The translations under genes and the position numbers were made by a program. Shown here piece after piece: positions 60,993 to 64,000 of a DNA stretch of 64,000 nt; position 1 is the stretch's first letter; every line of letters starts with the position of its first letter. Below the pieces are notes generated by a model that worked only from the letters and a program-made list of their open reading frames with translations, was not told the origin of the DNA and searched no databases. Source of the stretch: an uncultured Chloroflexia bacterium (GTDB taxonomy: Bacteria; Chloroflexota; Anaerolineae; Anaerolineales; Anaerolineaceae); assembly GCA_963791025.1 (NCBI GenBank), contig CAWBQF010000001.1:569201-633200 (forward strand). Direction: 5' to 3'.

Positions 60993-62051
60993 ATGTCATA
61001 CCAGGACGGTTGGGCGGCGATGCAACTGGAGATGCCACCACGCGTGCCGCATACAGAGTATTCTGTAGAGAGTCATTGGGAGGTCGTGCGAGCGACGACC
61101 GGGTTGGAGGTGTATCTGAACAGCTCAGATGCGCTGCGCAGGCAGGCATCCTTTGCATTTATGAAAGCGTGCAATTACGATCTGCGCTGGAACACCCTCG
61201 TTTACCGGCAGTCATTTGGTGAATACCGGACACGCATGGGACATGCGGAATATGCAGCAGGAGGCACCGATTGGGACACAGATATTCAGTGCCCGTTTCA
61301 AAACCCAGAAGAAGTCCTGTCATTCGACTTTGAACAAACCTACGGCCCAGTAGATGGGAAGGCGTGGCGACGGCAGTTCGAGGAAGACTACCAACTGCGC
61401 TGCTGCGAAACGCCTGATCTGGTCAACATGAGCGGGATTTATATTACGACTGTATCGGGCATGCTAGAAGTGTTTGGCTGGGAAATGCTGCTGCTGGCGG
61501 CAGGGACAGATCCAGTGGCGTTTGGGGCGCTAACCCAACGCTACGTGCAGTGGGCGCAGCCCTTTTTCAATGCCCTGGCAGAAGCTGACGTGCCAGTGGT
61601 GATGATCCATGACGATATGGTATGGACCTCTGGACCAATTTTCTCGCCGAAGTGGTACCGGCAGTATCTATTTCCTGGATATCGGCGCTTGTTTGCGCCG
61701 CTGCGCGAAGCTGGCAAGAAGATTTTGTTTACCTCGGATGGGAATTACACAAGATTTATCGACGATATGGTTGCCACTGGGATCAACGGGTTTGTACTAG
61801 AGCCTACTACTGACATGGCTTACCTTGCCGAGAAGTACGGTAAGACGCACGTTTTCATCGGTAATGCAGATACGCGGGTGCTGCTTTCGGGCAGCCAGGC
61901 GGAGATACGGGCGGAAGTGGAACGCTGTATGGCAATTGGCAAGGCCTGTCCAGGCTTTTTTATGGCAGTGGGAAATCATATCCCCAGCAACACGCCTGTA
62001 GAGAACGTGCTGTATTACCTGTCACTGTGTGAGGCGTTAGGAAAGCGATAA
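60993..62051 (+). CDS. uroporphyrinogen-decarboxylase-fold (URO-D family) protein of unknown substrate
   Basis: AAAGGAG SD before ATG 60993. The length and C-terminal pattern (IHDDMVW..., GNHIPSNTP) resemble URO-D/MtaA-like proteins. Family call is from memory. Confidence 0.55.
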   Translation: MSYQDGWAAMQLEMPPRVPHTEYSVESHWEVVRATTGLEVYLNSSDALRRQASFAFMKACNYDLRWNTLVYRQSFGEYRTRMGHAEYAAGGTDWDTDIQCPFQNPEEVLSFDFEQTYGPVDGKAWRRQFEEDYQLRCCETPDLVNMSGIYITTVSGMLEVFGWEMLLLAAGTDPVAFGALTQRYVQWAQPFFNALAEADVPVVMIHDDMVWTSGPIFSPKWYRQYLFPGYRRLFAPLREAGKKILFTSDGNYTRFIDDMVATGINGFVLEPTTDMAYLAEKYGKTHVFIGNADTRVLLSGSQAEIRAEVERCMAIGKACPGFFMAVGNHIPSNTPVENVLYYLSLCEALGKR

Positions 62052-62060
62052 CTTCCGATC

Positions 62061-62113
62061 AAAAAAAATTGTGTGTTTGCGGCAGAGCTACTTCCGCAAA
62101 CACACAATTTTTA
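62061..62113. terminator. bidirectional intrinsic terminator
   Basis: 16-bp stem aattgtgtgtttgcgg / ccgcaaacacacaatt, flanked by an A-run (62061-62068) and a T-run (62108-62112). Confidence 0.85.
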
Positions 62114-62132
62114 AATAGACTGGTAGTGAGGA

Positions 62133-62158
62133 GACCCTTTCAGAAAGGGTCTTTTTTT
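62133..62158 (+). terminator. second small terminator hairpin
   Basis: Stem gaccctt / aagggtc followed by ttttttt. Confidence 0.5.
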
Positions 62159-63711
62159 TAGGCTACTTGGGTCATCTTACCTTTATCGGCAGCATCCGCG
62201 TTGGCTTTGGCAGCCTCACGGTTGGCAGCCATCTCCTCGACGGTCTTCACCTTCAGGCGCGCCGCCCCCTGGGTTTCCACCAGGTTCACACGCGTTCCCT
62301 GAGATTCAGCAGATGCCAGGCGCTGGCGAGCATCCTCGATTTCAGCAGTATAATTGGGTAACCATTCCGCCTGAGCGACCAACATATCGTCTGTCAACTG
62401 CCAGACTTCCTCTGGATTGCAGACAGCACCCACCAATGGATCATGGAGCATGGCTTGCTTAAGCAAGGTACCATCACCATGGACAGCAGCTTCCATGCCC
62501 ATTTGTTGAACACGAACAGATGCCGAACAAGTGGCAGCCACCGCCAGTGGCAGGTCACCGACAACAGGCATGTTGACGCCGGTACGATCTACGTAACCGG
62601 GGATTTCGATCACACAGCCGTCGGGCAGGTTGGTGATGTGGCCCTGATTGACCACATTGAAATGCCCGCGATAAGGGCGACCAGTTTCAAGTGATTCAAT
62701 GATGTAGGAGCCATGCTCCTCACTGCGCTGATAAGTGGACAGATTAAGGGGTTCTTCTTTGAGCCAGCGAGGGAAGTCCGTTTCGAACCAGTTGCGGCCT
62801 TCGGTGCAAACCCGCAGATAACCACCGGTCTCCCCATTAATCCAACTGGATAGATCGATCCACTGGTTGATTTCCTGTGGACGTTTGCGGTACCAGGGAA
62901 CGTATTCACTGAAGTGACCGTTCGACTCGGTGCTGTAGTAACCAAAGCGGCGAAGCACATCAATGCGAACTTTCTCCGTGCGAGAATAATCAGGATGGGA
63001 TTCAAACAGCTCCAGCAGGCGCGGAACCATATCCATGCCGCGCCACTCGACCTTGATAAACCAGGTCTGGTGGTTGATGCCGGCGCAGATCACATCCACT
63101 TCACTGCGGTGCATCTGGTAATCCTCAGGAATCAGGGCTTCTTGCTTGGCCCAGCGGCTGATGACATTGGTAATCTGCCAGTGAGCCCCCTGCACGCCGT
63201 GGCATAGGCCAATCGTCTGGACACCGCCATATTTGTTGCAGGCCCAGGTGTTCATCGCCATCGGATTAGAGTAGTTAAGGAAGAGCGCGCCGGGTTTGGC
63301 GACTTCCCGAATATCTTTACAGAAGTTGAGCAGTTCAGGAATCGTGCGTTGGGCATACATAATGCCACCAGCACAAATGGTATCGCCGACACACTGATCG
63401 ATACCATACTTCAAGGGAATATCGATATCAAGCTGAAAGGCTTCCAGGCCACCCTGGCGGATGGTGCTGATGACATAGTCACTGTCGGCGACCGCGGCGC
63501 GGCGGTCGAGGGTGGCTTCAATGCGGGCAGGAAGCTGGGTGGCTGCGAGATCATACCGGCATAACTGAGTAACCATATCCAGATTGCGTTCTGAAATATC
63601 TGTAAAAGCAAAGACGGTATCTTGAAACTCTGGCACGGTCAGCAGGTCGCGCATTAAACGGCGCGTAAAGCCGATTGACCCGGCCCCAATCATGGCTATC
63701 TTGAGCGTCAT
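62158..63711 (-). CDS. GH4-family NAD-dependent alpha-glucosidase/alpha-galactosidase with a C-terminal extension
   Basis: Rossmann N-terminus KIAMIGAGSIGFTRRL, plus NYSNPMAMNTWA and CHGVQG blocks. AAGGAG SD before ATG 63711. The ORF opens at 63843. Confidence 0.8.
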   Translation of the reverse strand: MTLKIAMIGAGSIGFTRRLMRDLLTVPEFQDTVFAFTDISERNLDMVTQLCRYDLAATQLPARIEATLDRRAAVADSDYVISTIRQGGLEAFQLDIDIPLKYGIDQCVGDTICAGGIMYAQRTIPELLNFCKDIREVAKPGALFLNYSNPMAMNTWACNKYGGVQTIGLCHGVQGAHWQITNVISRWAKQEALIPEDYQMHRSEVDVICAGINHQTWFIKVEWRGMDMVPRLLELFESHPDYSRTEKVRIDVLRRFGYYSTESNGHFSEYVPWYRKRPQEINQWIDLSSWINGETGGYLRVCTEGRNWFETDFPRWLKEEPLNLSTYQRSEEHGSYIIESLETGRPYRGHFNVVNQGHITNLPDGCVIEIPGYVDRTGVNMPVVGDLPLAVAATCSASVRVQQMGMEAAVHGDGTLLKQAMLHDPLVGAVCNPEEVWQLTDDMLVAQAEWLPNYTAEIEDARQRLASAESQGTRVNLVETQGAARLKVKTVEEMAANREAAKANADAADKGKMTQVA

Positions 63712-63895
63712 GGAACAGACTCCTTTTGAATGAAATGTGCAAACTGGAAAGAGATTGAAAACAAAAAGGTGGTGATGAAGATAGTATACCGCAAAGACGA
63801 GGGATGAATGTCCCTTGCGGCATCTTGTTTGGAGGTGTATCATAGCGGCGCGTCCGGCTAAATGCTGGCGCTGAATGTTTTCTTAAGGAGTAGGT

Positions 63896-64000
63896 TTGGC
63901 TTCGCCTGTAGGATTGACGCTGATTATTGATGGGAATAACCTCGCACACTATCTTTACCATTTGCTACCTCGCCAACCTGTTCCAGCGATGACCTTGCAA
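63896..64000 (+). CDS. 5' fragment of a gene running off the window (possibly NYN/PIN-like)
   Basis: AAGGAG SD, then TTG 63896. Open to the window end, reading MASPVGLTLIIDGNNLAHYLYH... Confidence 0.35.
   Translation, partial: MASPVGLTLIIDGNNLAHYLYHLLPRQPVPAMTLQ

Overview
This is a 64-kb chromosomal window, most likely from a Chloroflexota (Anaerolineae-like) bacterium. That placement is inference from the 16S-23S-5S operon without ITS tRNAs, Pro/Thr-rich linkers, TadE-like proteins, coproporphyrin-type haem genes and apparently leaderless starts; no database search was possible. In order, the content is: a nonahaem cytochrome c plus a cytochrome b/c fusion; PolX; a DUF2892 gene and a thioredoxin-DUF2892 fusion; a 922-aa secreted protein; a PP2C-like/TM/beta-propeller gene split over three frames; three TadE/TadG-like pseudopilin proteins carrying vWA and tandem PA14 domains; a histidine kinase and OmpR-type regulator; a CelD-like acyltransferase; cysS; a DUF89 phosphatase; an interrupted LysM gene; one rRNA operon with two promoters and processing stems; a GH13 glucosidase; DegV; a liv-type ABC importer; a peptide ABC importer without ATPase genes; an HTH - radical SAM/SPASM - chdC - cpfC - cgoX haem operon; two tandem BON-domain proteins with long charged low-complexity regions; a GT2 - radical SAM/SPASM - GT2 - GT9 - GT9 cluster facing a bifunctional hldE; then GNAT, CPA2 antiporter, URO-D-like and GH4 genes. 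I found no CRISPR array, transposase, integrase, phage genes or tRNAs. The most interesting candidates are the glycosyltransferase/rSAM/ADP-heptose locus, the rSAM enzyme embedded in the haem operon, the pseudopilin-adhesin trio and the BON/disordered protein pair. Seven frame breaks and two in-frame stops interrupt otherwise intact genes. All seven breaks are repaired by removing one base, which suggests systematic sequence error rather than gene decay.
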